DNA of 64,000 nt from a virus, in the IMG/VR virus record IMGVR_UViG_3300044618_002075, positions 2,482-66,481 of that record; one strand, given 5' to 3'. This document shows, one piece after another, positions 17,315 through 27,554 of this stretch; positions within the stretch are counted from its first letter, which is position 1, and the number at the start of each line of letters is the position of its first letter. The translations under genes were made by a program, and so were the position numbers. The notes beneath the pieces were generated by a model. The model worked only from the letters and a program-made list of their open reading frames with translations. It made no database searches and was not told where the DNA came from.

Positions 17315-17489
17315 GCGGGGTCAGGGCTTCTTCGTCCCCGCCCTGGACCTAGAGGCTGTGCGAGAGGCGGGACTGCTGGCTGCAGTCCCGCTCCGCTTGA
17401 AAGACGCTCGTGCGATGTACGCTATCAGGCAGGGGCGGCTTGGGGTGTTCTTCTACCGGACATGGCCTGCACCGTCTTCGAGAGCGTGA
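17283..17489 (+). CDS. small protein resembling the 1536-1808 product
   Basis: FPWDRLERGQGFFVP...GVFFYRT. Confidence 0.6.
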   Translation: MRKCFPWDRLERGQGFFVPALDLEAVREAGLLAAVPLRLKDARAMYAIRQGRLGVFFYRTWPAPSSRA

Positions 17490-20400
17490 TCTTCGCCTGG
17501 ATCGCCCGGTCAAGCTCCTCGCGCTTCCTCTCAGGTGACAGGTTGGACGCCCGCACCCTGCGCTCGTAGTCGGTGATCTCTCCCATCTGCTGCCTGAAGG
17601 CCCCGGCCACGGACGCCAGCGAAAGCTCGTCGGCCTTCTCCTTGGCGTACTGCGCGGCCTTCTCGGACTTGCCCTCCGAGACGAAGCGCTCGTAGGTCTC
17701 CTGCGCCTGACGGACCTTGTTCATGCGCTCGTAGACGAGGTCAACGATGCCGCTGGCGTCCTTGGGCTGGAACAAGGTGCCGATCAGCGGGAGGTCCGAG
17801 TAGCGCTTGGTGGCGGGCGCAGGCCCCTCGCCAGCACCGGCAAAGGGCGCGCTGAGCGCCGCGATGGCGGCCATGCCCATCTGACCCGTGTAGCCCCGGA
17901 TCAGGAACTCCAGCTTGATGGGGGAGAAGCCCGTCATCTCGCCGACCGCCTTGGCAAGCTCCGTGGTGCTGGACTGCGTGCGATACCCCGGCTCCACGCT
18001 TTGTTCCCGGGCAGGTTCGATGTCGCGCCCGGTGTAGATCGATGAACCGAAGGCCACCTCCAGCGCAGGCTTGACGGCCTGCGGGATGAAGAAGTTCGAC
18101 AGCCCGGGGACTATCTGCTGGCCGATGTGCTTGAGCGCTTTCTGTGCCTCTTCTGCACCCTTCTCGTTCACGGCGATGTTCACAATCGCCTCAGGCAGCG
18201 CCTTGAAGATGTAGCCAAGTTCAAACGGAATCGGCAGACGCAGCGGTTCCTTGATACCGAACATGTCAAGCGGCACGAACCAGTTGCCGTACTTGTCTTC
18301 AGGCTTGGCGTTCTTGTACGCCTCGTCGTCCTGCATGGCCAGGGCGTATGCGAAGCTCAGGCCGAACAACATCGCGCCCCGAACAAGGAGCTTCCTGCGC
18401 ACATTCAAGCGCTCGTTCATCGGCATCTTGCCACGGAACGACCGGTACAGGACATCGAGGCCCTGGATCTGCGTGTTGAAGAAGGGGATCAACGCGCTGG
18501 CCATGTGGATGCTGGGCGACAGCCCACGCCTGCTGAAGTTCATCGACTCCAGCGCCATGTACGTGGCCTCCATCTCCGACAGACCTTGCTGCAGGTAGCT
18601 CTCGTACTGAGAGCGGCGGGTAAGCGCATCGGCCTGGGCGGCCTTGCTCTCCAGCCATGCCAGCCCGTTGTTGAAGCTGATCTTGCCCGCCTGCATGTCC
18701 TTGATCATCCGGGACATGTCCTCCGGCATGCCGGTGAAGACTTGACCACCCGTGATGCCGCGCTTCTCCAGAACGTCGGTCTTGCCGATCTGCTTGAGGG
18801 CGCTCAGCAGGGGGATCGTGTTTGCACCGCTGGCGATGGAGGCCCCGAGGGAGTCGCGGAACAACTGCCGAGCCATGTAGACCGGGCTGGCCACGATCAA
18901 GCGGCGCAAGAAACGTGCGGGCATGCCCATGACGCGGACCATGGTCGGGAACATCGTCGGGATGCCCGCCAGCCCCTTGACCAGCAGGTCGCTGCTGATG
19001 CCCAGCATCTCGGTGTCAACCACGCCGTAGTGCTCAACACCGTCCACCTTGAAGGTGACCGCGCCTTCCGGCGCTTTGCCGCCCTTGGTCTTGCCGATGG
19101 TGGCGAGGCCGACATCCCGGAACTCGAACATCAGGTTCCGCATGGCGAGGTTGTGCGTCGCCATGTCGATCAGCATCGAGGTGTTCTGGATGCTGCTGGT
19201 GATGAAGTCCATGACGGGCTCGTCACCACCAACAAGCTCCTGCAGATGCGGGCTGTCTTTCAAGTTGCCGATGCGAATGGGCGTCTCTTTGCCAATCAGC
19301 AGTTCAGCAACGCCGTCGCGCACGCGGTAGTAGGGGATGTAGTCGCTCTCCTGCAGCAGCTTGTTGGCAAGCTCCCTGCTTATGGCGCCTGTCTGCACGT
19401 TGAAGTTCAGCAGGTCGCGGTTGTACTGGTTGTAGATATCGCGCACCTCATTGAAGGCTTCGCGCAGCACCGGGTTGGCATCGATCTCGGCCTTGGCGGC
19501 TTTGATGTCTGCTGGCGACGGCATGGAGTCCAGGCGCTTCGACAGGCGGTCTTTGCGCTTGGTCAAGTTGGTCCGCTGCTCAGCGGACAGCTTCGGCGAC
19601 TTGAGTTCGCCCTCGATGCGTGCGATCTCCGCGCTGGCCCAGGCGCGACCGAAGTTCAGCGTGTCGTAGCCCACGCGCTCGCCACGGATCGCCGCCATGT
19701 AGAGCGTCACGAGCTTGTTGGCCGCGTCGGCGCTGCCCGCTTCCTTGACCACATCCTTGCGCTTGAGGATGTCGAACGCCTGATTCAGGTTGGCGCCATC
19801 CTTGGCCTCGATCAAGAACTCCTTGGTGCCGTCACGACGCGTCTTCTCCACACGTTCAGGCACACCCACGGTAGCCGCCTGGGAGGTTAAGTGCATGCGC
19901 TGGTCGTGCATCCGCAGGTAGTACATCGCCTGCATCGCATCCTTGTCGCTGACACCCCCGCGCTTGAGCGCCTCTTCGGTCGGGAAGAGCTTGTCGATGT
20001 ACTGCGTACGAAAGCCCATGCCGAGGAAGTTGTCGCGCAGCTTGTCAACGAAGCCCTTCTGCTCACCGACGAGGTTGCTTGCTACGCGGCTTGCGGTGGG
20101 GAGGTTGCGGGAGAAGAGGATCTCGCCTGCTTCCGCCGGCTGCGGAGCCGATGCGCTGGCCACCGCAGGCTGCATCTCCACCTTGGCTGCACCGTAGGCG
20201 GTGTTCACGAGGTCGCGCAGGCTGATGCCCTTGGGCTCCATGCCGAAGAACTTGCGCACAGCGGCCTCCATGCGCTGCACGATGCGGCCCAGCCACTGGC
20301 CCAGCGGGCTCTTGGTCTGTGGCGTGATCCCCGCGTTGACGGCTTCCTCGACGGCGTAGGCCAGCAGTTCATCGCGCTGCTGGCTCTCGGGGGTCTCAGC

Positions 20401-23400
20401 GGCCTCCACACGCGCCTGGGCGGCCCGCGCAACGCGGCCTTCAGCCGAGGTGGCCGGGGCCTTCTGCCAGCGCTCCACGGCGTTCACGAAGGCGTTGTAC
20501 TGGGCGTCGCCCAGGAGGTTCTTCATCCCGATGTGGGCGCCGACCTCGTGCAGCAGGACGCTCAGCGCCTGCCCCTGGTTGATGTTCCCGGCGATCAGGA
20601 ACGCCTTGTTGCCCGCACGGTCAACGAAGCCACGCGCGTCGTCAGGGATGCGCCCTTCGTACTGCGGGTTGGCCTTGACAAGCGCCTCGACCGAGTCGTA
20701 GATCTGCACCCGGCCCAGGTCCGGGAAGTGCGTCTTGAGTTCCGTGCGGACGCTGTCGGTAGTGGACGGGTTGGCGGTAGCGCCACGGGAGAAATTGATA
20801 CGCTTACCGCCAACGTCGATAAATTCTTCTTGCTCAAAAACACCGCCGCTAGGTGTCGCAGCAAACCACGGGGCCGCTTGTGTAGTTTCTTTGGCGGTCT
20901 TTTCACGCCGCATACCTTCGGCAGCAGCCTCAAGCGCTTTACGATACCCCGTACGCAGCGGCCTTTGCCGTGCCAATCCCGCCCCGCTAATGACCGTAGC
21001 AGGGCCTTTCTTACGGGGTTTGGTTTCACCCAGCGCTTCAAGCTGTCCCTTAGCCAGCGTCAAGTCTTTGTTTAGCGTGTCGATGGTAGTTTGCAAACGT
21101 GCTTTGCTAGCAGGCGTGCGGGCACGCTTTTGCGCAGCTTCGGCACTCTCCACCTGTGCGGTCAGGTCGGTAACCTTCTGCTCCAGCTCTTCGCGCTCTT
21201 CATCACGCGCGGCCTTGGCCGCCGCCGTCTCTTGGCGGGATTGCTGCCGGCGTTCTTCGGCCTCAGCCCGCTTCTGTTCAGCAGTCTGCTCCGGCTCAAT
21301 TGGCGTGACCTTGCCGGCTTCGCGACGAACACCCGGCAAGCCCAGGCCCTGCTGCGCTGCACGCATTCGCGCGGCTTCAGCAGCCTTCTCTTCCCCCTTG
21401 AGGTTCTGCAGCCGCGCCGTTTCCGCACGCCGCAGCGCGGTCTGCTGTTGCGCCAAAGCGCTAACTGTCTGCGGAGTCCTATCAGCTTCCAACGCTTTTT
21501 GCGCCTGATCCAACGCACCGCGCTCAAACGCTACCCACTTGTTGGCCTGCGCCAGCGGCAAGAACTCTGCGGCCTCCACTACCGAGTCGAACTGCGTGAC
21601 GAGGTCGTCAGCCTGCTGCCGCAGTGCCGATAGACGGTCAAGAGTCTCCTTGTTCAACCCCTCGATGCCACCTGAACGAATGGCGTCAATTTCAGTCTTC
21701 AGCCCTTTGAGCTTGTCCTTCTGAATGATGCGACGGGCAGCGACAATACTGTCCTTGGCTTTCTTGACGGCGGATTGCCACGCACTTTGCAGAGCGTCTC
21801 GGCGCTCCTCAACACGCGCCTCAAGCGCCTGCTGGCGCTCGGTGTCGATGCGCTCAAGCTCGCGCTTGATGTCTTGCGTGAGCTTCTCGCCACGAGCAGC
21901 GGCAGCATCGGCACGCTGCTGCTTGGCTGCAGCCTTCGCACGCACGGCCTCAAAAGCTGCAGGTTTCTCACGGATGGTGCCCAAGGCTCCTCGCTCAGCT
22001 TTTGGCGCGAGCGCACGGCGCTCTTCAGCCGGAAACAACTCACGCTGACCCTCGCGCTCGCCTGCCACCTCGGCTTCGCCTGGGCGCATGGCCGCTGCAC
22101 GAATCTCGTCACGCAAGGTAACCAGATCGCTGCGCTCAATGTTCTGCCCCCGCAGAATGCGAGAAGCGATGTTCTCTGCGGCGTCAAGAAAGCTGTTGGT
22201 AGCGTTGGAGATGAAGTCCTGCGCCCGTGTCAGCAGCATCTTCGCGATGCCCGGAACCTTGCGCGTCTGGAGCGCTTGGTCGATCAATCCGCTAACGTAG
22301 TCGCGCCTGCGGCGCAGAGCCCCCTCCAACGTCTTGGCGGTTTCACCGCTGGCCTCAGCAACCTTGGCGGCTTCGGTCTCAGGGAACTGCATCTTGAGCG
22401 TCGGCTCAACACGCCGGGGCGCACGCGGCACTTCCTTGAGATTGGCGGCAATCCCTTGCAGTTGCTCTTGCAACACGGCAGTAGCGGCACGATACGCGCC
22501 AAACCTACGCTCCTCCAACGGGCGCGGATCCGTGCTTTGTTCAAGCGCCTTCTTTTGCGCAGTCTTCAGCAGCCGGTCAAAGTCAACCGATGCTTTGCTC
22601 TGAATGGCCCTGCGGGTGTCTTCCGGCAGCTCAGTTTCGGCACCTTTAAGTTCGGCAGTGCCTTTGGCAATTTCCTCCATGCGCTGCCGCCCAAGCCGTT
22701 GCATTAGGGCAGTATTTATTTGCGCACGGATGAAGTCTTGCTTCATCGCCTGCACCCACGGTGCGCCGCTGAGGTCTTTGCCTGCCACCGCCTTCTCTGC
22801 CTGCATTTGCGCAAGCATCTGGTCTACCCAGTTTACAGCTTCGGCGGGCTGCGCCATGCTACGAGTGACCCACTCGTTGAACACGTCGCGCATCTGCTTG
22901 GCAGCCGTCTCCGCTTCTTCCTGAGTCAAGGCTTTTGCAAACAGTCTGCGTGTGGCAGCAGCTTCCTGCACCGCAGCCGTGATAAATGCATCACGCTGCT
23001 TATTGAGCTGGTTGATGAGCGTCTGCGGCGTAGATGAGGCAGTGCCGGCCTCGGGACCGCCCAAAGTGCGTCCGACACGCAGATCATCCGCCAACTGGGC
23101 GGCGTCCATCAGCGCTGCATCTTGTGCTTTGCGCAGCGCCAGCAGAGCCCGTCCCGGGCCTTTAGTTTGCTCCAGATTGTTCAGCGCTGTCTGTGCAGTT
23201 TCCCGCTCCTGGGATTTTTTGACTCCAAGTTCCTTGTTGCCCGCAGCAAAAGCAGTGTCGGCGTCTTTGGCGGCTTGCTCTCGCGCAGCAATCAACTCGT
23301 CCAGACGGCGTAGCAGCACATCGGGGTTTTGCATCGGCGTAATACCGGGAGCAACCGCTACCGTCGCGGGGCCGCTAGGGCGCAGCGTCTCAAAGTTGGG

Positions 23401-25113
23401 GCGCAGCAGTTCCTCAGCAGCCTGCGTTTCTGTCTCTTCGACAGAAGCCTTCCACATCGCCAACGGGTCTTTTTCTGCTGGCAGTTGCTGCGCTTTGAGG
23501 TCAGCTTGCCGCTGCTGCAGTTCTTTCTCCGTGGCCAAACGCGCCTGTTTGGCGCGATCCTCAAGCTGCAACTTCAGCCCATCGAGGATCGCGTCGCTCT
23601 CCTTCTTGGATACGCCGGGAATGGCCGTCTTGGTGTCAACCAAACGCTGTGCCACCACCGGATCCTGCATCAGATAGTCAGCGTAGTCCTTTGGTGTAGC
23701 CGCACCAAAAGTCTGTTCAGTAGCTAGCGCTGTACGTTCCTGTGCGTACGCGGCCAACTTAGAAGGTGCAGGCTGTTTAACGGCTTCAAGCGCCGCTTCC
23801 TCCATGCTGCTCGGTGCCGCAGTTGGCGTAACCTTCACTTCGGGAATGCCGAGTTGCTCAAGAAACGCGTCTTGCGGCGTAATTCCGGCGAGCCGCTGTT
23901 GCTCCTTCAGCGCAGCGACCTCTTTCTCGCGCGTGACGTACTCACGCGCTACTTCTGCCATCTCCTTCTTGGCAAACGCATCTCTTTCGCGCACCGCGTC
24001 ACGGTATGCGATCATGGCCGCCGGATCAGCGCCTGTTGGCGGCTTCTTTGCCGCTGCTGCGTCAAGCTCCGCTTTCTTGGCCACTGCCGCCTTGTACCGC
24101 TTGTCAAGGTCAAGCAGGTACTCCGGCGACTGCTTCTTGGCCTCCTCGGCCTCACGCTCAGCCTTGCGCTTCTCGGCCTCCTGCGCACCCAACAACTCGC
24201 GGGCTTTGCCCTGCGCATCACTGCGCTCCAAGTAGCGCCCGGGGACGGCCAGCGTGCCGCCCAAGACGGCGCCGCCAATGAAGCTGTCGAAGTACTCGTC
24301 TCGGGCCTTGGGGTCGGTCAGGGACAGCCCTGCCTGCGCACGCTCCAGCACCTGCTGCGTAGCCTCTGTGAGGCCCTCCACGCCCATGGTCTTGCCGGTG
24401 GCAGCGGTGTAGTCGATGAGCGTCTTCTTGAGCGCCTGCTCCGCAATCTCCTTGGCCGTCTCCGGTGTGACCTTGATGCCCGCTTGGCCGAAGATGCGCC
24501 CGATGCCCGGGATCAACCGCAGGGCTGCGGTATCGAGCACCGCCATGGGCACCGCCGCCAGGGCGGCATACCCGAGGTCCGTGTCCGCGAGCTTCTTGCC
24601 CTCCTCCATCTGGCGCGAGAGGTTCGTCGCCGTGAACTGCGCCGCCGAGGTCAAGCCCGCTGCACCCAGCGCGGTGCCCGCCGCCAAGGTGCCGGTCAAC
24701 GGAAGCGCGGCTGCTGCCGCCCCTGCCGCCAGGGGCGCCGCCATGTAGGGGATGGAGCCGCCAAGAAGCTCAAGACCCTTGGTCAGGCCCCACTCTTCGG
24801 TGGGCGCGAAGATCTCCCTGGAGCGTTTCTGCGCGGCGTCGAACTCGGCCTGTGCCGTGGCCTCGTCCTTGAGCCCCAGCTTGCCAAGAAGAGCGGAGAT
24901 GCCGCCGCCAAGCTCCGTAGCGCCCGAACGCAGCGCAGGGAAGAAACCAGACTCAGGCTTGGCCGCAGGGGCGGCGGGCGCCGGAGGTTGCGCCGCTTGA
25001 CTCTCCTCAAGCGCAGCTTCCTGATACGCCCGCAGCACCGTTGCGTAGTTCGGCGTGCCGCGCTTGTTCTGGTTGTTGCGCAGCCAGTTGGCGTAATCAG
25101 CAGAAGTTGCCAT
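17425..25113 (-). CDS. 2562-aa polyvalent internal virion / ejection protein (zincin-like motif, LPD38-like C-terminus)
   Basis: Last late gene; TEGxTE-type N-terminal motif, long coiled coil, LLHEVGAH, IPFFNxxIQG and LRLPIPFELG. Confidence 0.8.
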   Translation of the reverse strand: MATSADYANWLRNNQNKRGTPNYATVLRAYQEAALEESQAAQPPAPAAPAAKPESGFFPALRSGATELGGGISALLGKLGLKDEATAQAEFDAAQKRSREIFAPTEEWGLTKGLELLGGSIPYMAAPLAAGAAAAALPLTGTLAAGTALGAAGLTSAAQFTATNLSRQMEEGKKLADTDLGYAALAAVPMAVLDTAALRLIPGIGRIFGQAGIKVTPETAKEIAEQALKKTLIDYTAATGKTMGVEGLTEATQQVLERAQAGLSLTDPKARDEYFDSFIGGAVLGGTLAVPGRYLERSDAQGKARELLGAQEAEKRKAEREAEEAKKQSPEYLLDLDKRYKAAVAKKAELDAAAAKKPPTGADPAAMIAYRDAVRERDAFAKKEMAEVAREYVTREKEVAALKEQQRLAGITPQDAFLEQLGIPEVKVTPTAAPSSMEEAALEAVKQPAPSKLAAYAQERTALATEQTFGAATPKDYADYLMQDPVVAQRLVDTKTAIPGVSKKESDAILDGLKLQLEDRAKQARLATEKELQQRQADLKAQQLPAEKDPLAMWKASVEETETQAAEELLRPNFETLRPSGPATVAVAPGITPMQNPDVLLRRLDELIAAREQAAKDADTAFAAGNKELGVKKSQERETAQTALNNLEQTKGPGRALLALRKAQDAALMDAAQLADDLRVGRTLGGPEAGTASSTPQTLINQLNKQRDAFITAAVQEAAATRRLFAKALTQEEAETAAKQMRDVFNEWVTRSMAQPAEAVNWVDQMLAQMQAEKAVAGKDLSGAPWVQAMKQDFIRAQINTALMQRLGRQRMEEIAKGTAELKGAETELPEDTRRAIQSKASVDFDRLLKTAQKKALEQSTDPRPLEERRFGAYRAATAVLQEQLQGIAANLKEVPRAPRRVEPTLKMQFPETEAAKVAEASGETAKTLEGALRRRRDYVSGLIDQALQTRKVPGIAKMLLTRAQDFISNATNSFLDAAENIASRILRGQNIERSDLVTLRDEIRAAAMRPGEAEVAGEREGQRELFPAEERRALAPKAERGALGTIREKPAAFEAVRAKAAAKQQRADAAAARGEKLTQDIKRELERIDTERQQALEARVEERRDALQSAWQSAVKKAKDSIVAARRIIQKDKLKGLKTEIDAIRSGGIEGLNKETLDRLSALRQQADDLVTQFDSVVEAAEFLPLAQANKWVAFERGALDQAQKALEADRTPQTVSALAQQQTALRRAETARLQNLKGEEKAAEAARMRAAQQGLGLPGVRREAGKVTPIEPEQTAEQKRAEAEERRQQSRQETAAAKAARDEEREELEQKVTDLTAQVESAEAAQKRARTPASKARLQTTIDTLNKDLTLAKGQLEALGETKPRKKGPATVISGAGLARQRPLRTGYRKALEAAAEGMRREKTAKETTQAAPWFAATPSGGVFEQEEFIDVGGKRINFSRGATANPSTTDSVRTELKTHFPDLGRVQIYDSVEALVKANPQYEGRIPDDARGFVDRAGNKAFLIAGNINQGQALSVLLHEVGAHIGMKNLLGDAQYNAFVNAVERWQKAPATSAEGRVARAAQARVEAAETPESQQRDELLAYAVEEAVNAGITPQTKSPLGQWLGRIVQRMEAAVRKFFGMEPKGISLRDLVNTAYGAAKVEMQPAVASASAPQPAEAGEILFSRNLPTASRVASNLVGEQKGFVDKLRDNFLGMGFRTQYIDKLFPTEEALKRGGVSDKDAMQAMYYLRMHDQRMHLTSQAATVGVPERVEKTRRDGTKEFLIEAKDGANLNQAFDILKRKDVVKEAGSADAANKLVTLYMAAIRGERVGYDTLNFGRAWASAEIARIEGELKSPKLSAEQRTNLTKRKDRLSKRLDSMPSPADIKAAKAEIDANPVLREAFNEVRDIYNQYNRDLLNFNVQTGAISRELANKLLQESDYIPYYRVRDGVAELLIGKETPIRIGNLKDSPHLQELVGGDEPVMDFITSSIQNTSMLIDMATHNLAMRNLMFEFRDVGLATIGKTKGGKAPEGAVTFKVDGVEHYGVVDTEMLGISSDLLVKGLAGIPTMFPTMVRVMGMPARFLRRLIVASPVYMARQLFRDSLGASIASGANTIPLLSALKQIGKTDVLEKRGITGGQVFTGMPEDMSRMIKDMQAGKISFNNGLAWLESKAAQADALTRRSQYESYLQQGLSEMEATYMALESMNFSRRGLSPSIHMASALIPFFNTQIQGLDVLYRSFRGKMPMNERLNVRRKLLVRGAMLFGLSFAYALAMQDDEAYKNAKPEDKYGNWFVPLDMFGIKEPLRLPIPFELGYIFKALPEAIVNIAVNEKGAEEAQKALKHIGQQIVPGLSNFFIPQAVKPALEVAFGSSIYTGRDIEPAREQSVEPGYRTQSSTTELAKAVGEMTGFSPIKLEFLIRGYTGQMGMAAIAALSAPFAGAGEGPAPATKRYSDLPLIGTLFQPKDASGIVDLVYERMNKVRQAQETYERFVSEGKSEKAAQYAKEKADELSLASVAGAFRQQMGEITDYERRVRASNLSPERKREELDRAIQAKITLSKTVQAMSGRRTPQAAPA

Positions 25114-25115
25114 TG

Positions 25116-26708
25116 TCAGTTCCTACCAATAATTGCGTCGGCGGCTGCACGGGCGTTGGAGGCCCCCGCAGATCTTCCAGCGGTGCCAAGCGCTTCCAAT
25201 TCAGGCGCGTACTGCAAACGGAGTTCTTTTTCGCGAGCCTTCATCAGCGCCAAAAGTGCCGCTTGATCTTCAGCCGAAATCAGCCCTTCAAGCCGTTTGC
25301 GATAGGCCTGCATGATCGGATCGTTGTTGAGCGCGGAAACCAAACGTGCCGTAGTAGCCTGTGCTGCAGCTTCCGAACGCGAAGGAACAGCAGACATGGC
25401 GGCATTTGCCGCCGTTTCTTTGGCCGTAGCTTCGCGCCCTTTGATCGCCAGTTCTGCCTTGTCGTTCTCGTACTTGTAGCGCAGCGCCGCGAGCTTCTCT
25501 GCAGACTCCCGTGCCGTCTTGAGGTCGTTTTCTTTCAAGGCCGCGTCGTACTTGGCACTTTCGATCTGCATCTGACGGTAGGTGTTGTTCAGTTGCCGCA
25601 CCTTGTCAGCTTCGGTGGCACGGTACTGCGCAAGCTCCTTACGCGCCTTCTCTTCTTCGATGTCGATGGCAGCAATGCCTTTGGCAAGCGAGCCAAAAAA
25701 CTGCCCCTTCTTGGGGTTGATGTAGCTTGCAAGCAGTGCCGGGCGCTCAGCGCTCTCAAAGAAAGGCTGATTCGCACGCGCCTCTCTGCGTGCAATTTCT
25801 TTGTCAGCCTCTCCCCGCATCTGCGTTGCGTCCTGCTGCACTTGCTGTGTGTACAGGTCTTGCAGATCCGCGACTCTTTTTCGCTGCGCAAGCAGTTCAG
25901 GAGGAACCGTAGGCGGTGTGTACGCCTGCGTCATCGCCGCAAAAGCCTGCGCAATCGGGTCGTTTGCCGCAGGCCGCTGTTCTCGGGCAGCAGGCGTGGG
26001 AGCCGGTGCAGGAGCCGGCGAAGGTGCAGGTGGGCGAGGAGCCGGTGCAGGAGCCGCCGGAGCCGGTGCAGGAGCCGCCGGAGCAGGTGCAGGAGCCGCC
26101 GGAGCAGGTGCCGGGACAGGCGGGCGCGCAGCAGAGGCAGGAGCAGGCGCGGCTTGTTGAGCACGCACGAGCTGCTCATACCGCCGCTTGATGTCGGCGG
26201 CTTCTCTGTCCCATTTTTCTGCAGCCGCACGGGCTTCCTGCGTGCCTGTTCGGGGGTGAAAAGTAGGGCGCGCACCCAACAGCGCTTCTACACCGCCAAA
26301 AACACCGCTTCGACGGTAGGCTTCGCGCAGTTGTTCGTCAGAAAAACGCGCGGTCGCCCCGCCCCCGCTAAGGGCCACAATGCCACCTGTGGCCATGCCA
26401 CGAGCGGGGGCCATACCGGCGGTTTGTGCTGCACTGGCCAGTATCTGGTCATTCAACGACTGCGGTCCCTGCTGCTGGGACTGCTGCACAGCAAGCTGGC
26501 GTTGCACCGCTTGCTGTGCTTCCAGCTTTTTGCGCACTTCATCAATGTGCGCCAGCAACGGAATCGACGGATCCCGCTGCTGCATGGCGATAAGCGTAGG
26601 CAGATCTTGGATCTGCTTAAAGTTCTGCACTTTTGCTGAGGGCGTACCTACGGCTTGCTGCGGCGCGAACTGGAAGCCCTGCGCCTGTCCCGGCATAGAT
26701 GTCTGCAT
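25116..26708 (-). CDS. putative internal virion / ejection protein
   Basis: Ala/Gln-rich, MATGGIV motif, Pro-Ala linker; position. Confidence 0.7.
   Translation of the reverse strand: MQTSMPGQAQGFQFAPQQAVGTPSAKVQNFKQIQDLPTLIAMQQRDPSIPLLAHIDEVRKKLEAQQAVQRQLAVQQSQQQGPQSLNDQILASAAQTAGMAPARGMATGGIVALSGGGATARFSDEQLREAYRRSGVFGGVEALLGARPTFHPRTGTQEARAAAEKWDREAADIKRRYEQLVRAQQAAPAPASAARPPVPAPAPAAPAPAPAAPAPAPAAPAPAPRPPAPSPAPAPAPTPAAREQRPAANDPIAQAFAAMTQAYTPPTVPPELLAQRKRVADLQDLYTQQVQQDATQMRGEADKEIARREARANQPFFESAERPALLASYINPKKGQFFGSLAKGIAAIDIEEEKARKELAQYRATEADKVRQLNNTYRQMQIESAKYDAALKENDLKTARESAEKLAALRYKYENDKAELAIKGREATAKETAANAAMSAVPSRSEAAAQATTARLVSALNNDPIMQAYRKRLEGLISAEDQAALLALMKAREKELRLQYAPELEALGTAGRSAGASNARAAADAIIGRN
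26038..26111. repeat. 21-bp tandem repeat (about 3.5 copies) encoding PAPAPAA
   Basis: GGAGC(C/A)GGTGCAGGAGCCGCC units at 26038, 26059, 26080 and a partial unit at 26101. Confidence 0.9.
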
Positions 26709-26720
26709 TACAGCCTGCCT

Positions 26721-27554
26721 TTAGCCAAACAGCTTGTTGTACAGCGACAGCGTGGACAACCCGCCGACAACTCCGCTGCCAAAACCAGAGTCAGGTGGAG
26801 AATACGCAGGTGCTTGGATTGGCATGCCGCCAATCATGTTGCTCATGAAGCCGAGCTGCTTGTACGGCCAGTTCATGGACTCCGTCCAATCCTTGTACCC
26901 GATGTCCAGAGGCGCCTGCTCGATCCCACGCTGGATGGTGCCAGCCTTCATCTGCTCACCGATGGTCTCAAGGTCTTGCTTGGCGCCGAACTGCCGCGAG
27001 GCTTCGCCCAGACGTTGGCCTTCGAGCCCGAGGGTCGCCTCTCCGAGGCGCTGCTTCTGGGCCTGCTCGAACGCAGCCATGAGACCCTTGGCCTGGATGT
27101 CACCGATCTGGGTGCCCAGGTTGCGCTGGCGCTCAGCCTCCATGATGGCCTGCCTGCTGCCGCCGTAGGCCCCGGCCTGGGCAAGGCGAGCCTGCTCGGT
27201 GTTGCGGCTGATGTCAGCGGCCCTACGGGCTTCCCGAGCCTGGATGTCAACGACATTCTGCAGGTACGGGTTCATGTAGTCCTGAACGGACCCGACCGGA
27301 CCAAGGCCCGTGTTGAACTGCCCGGGCGTGTAGGCGCCGAGGCTGCCCAGGCCGGTGAAGGCCTTTTGCTCCAGCGGGGAGTACCCTGCCTTGACCTGTC
27401 CCGTCGTGGGATCCGTGGTCTCAAAGGCGGTGCGCTGTCCGGTGTAGGGCGTGTAGCCTTCCTTCGCCAGCCCCCACGACCGGTTGAGCATGTCGGTGAG
27501 ATAGCCCTCAAAGCCAGGAGCGACGGTGCCGCTCGGATCGATTTCACCCATCAT
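26721..27554 (-). CDS. putative DNA ejection / pilot protein
   Basis: YMNPY...AGAYGGSRQAI...Gly-rich amphipathic tail. Confidence 0.7.
   Translation of the reverse strand: MMGEIDPSGTVAPGFEGYLTDMLNRSWGLAKEGYTPYTGQRTAFETTDPTTGQVKAGYSPLEQKAFTGLGSLGAYTPGQFNTGLGPVGSVQDYMNPYLQNVVDIQAREARRAADISRNTEQARLAQAGAYGGSRQAIMEAERQRNLGTQIGDIQAKGLMAAFEQAQKQRLGEATLGLEGQRLGEASRQFGAKQDLETIGEQMKAGTIQRGIEQAPLDIGYKDWTESMNWPYKQLGFMSNMIGGMPIQAPAYSPPDSGFGSGVVGGLSTLSLYNKLFG

Noticed and set aside
17425-25113. N4-like virion RNA polymerase with hairpin promoters
   Set aside because: No recognisable single- or multi-subunit RNA polymerase motifs in the protein
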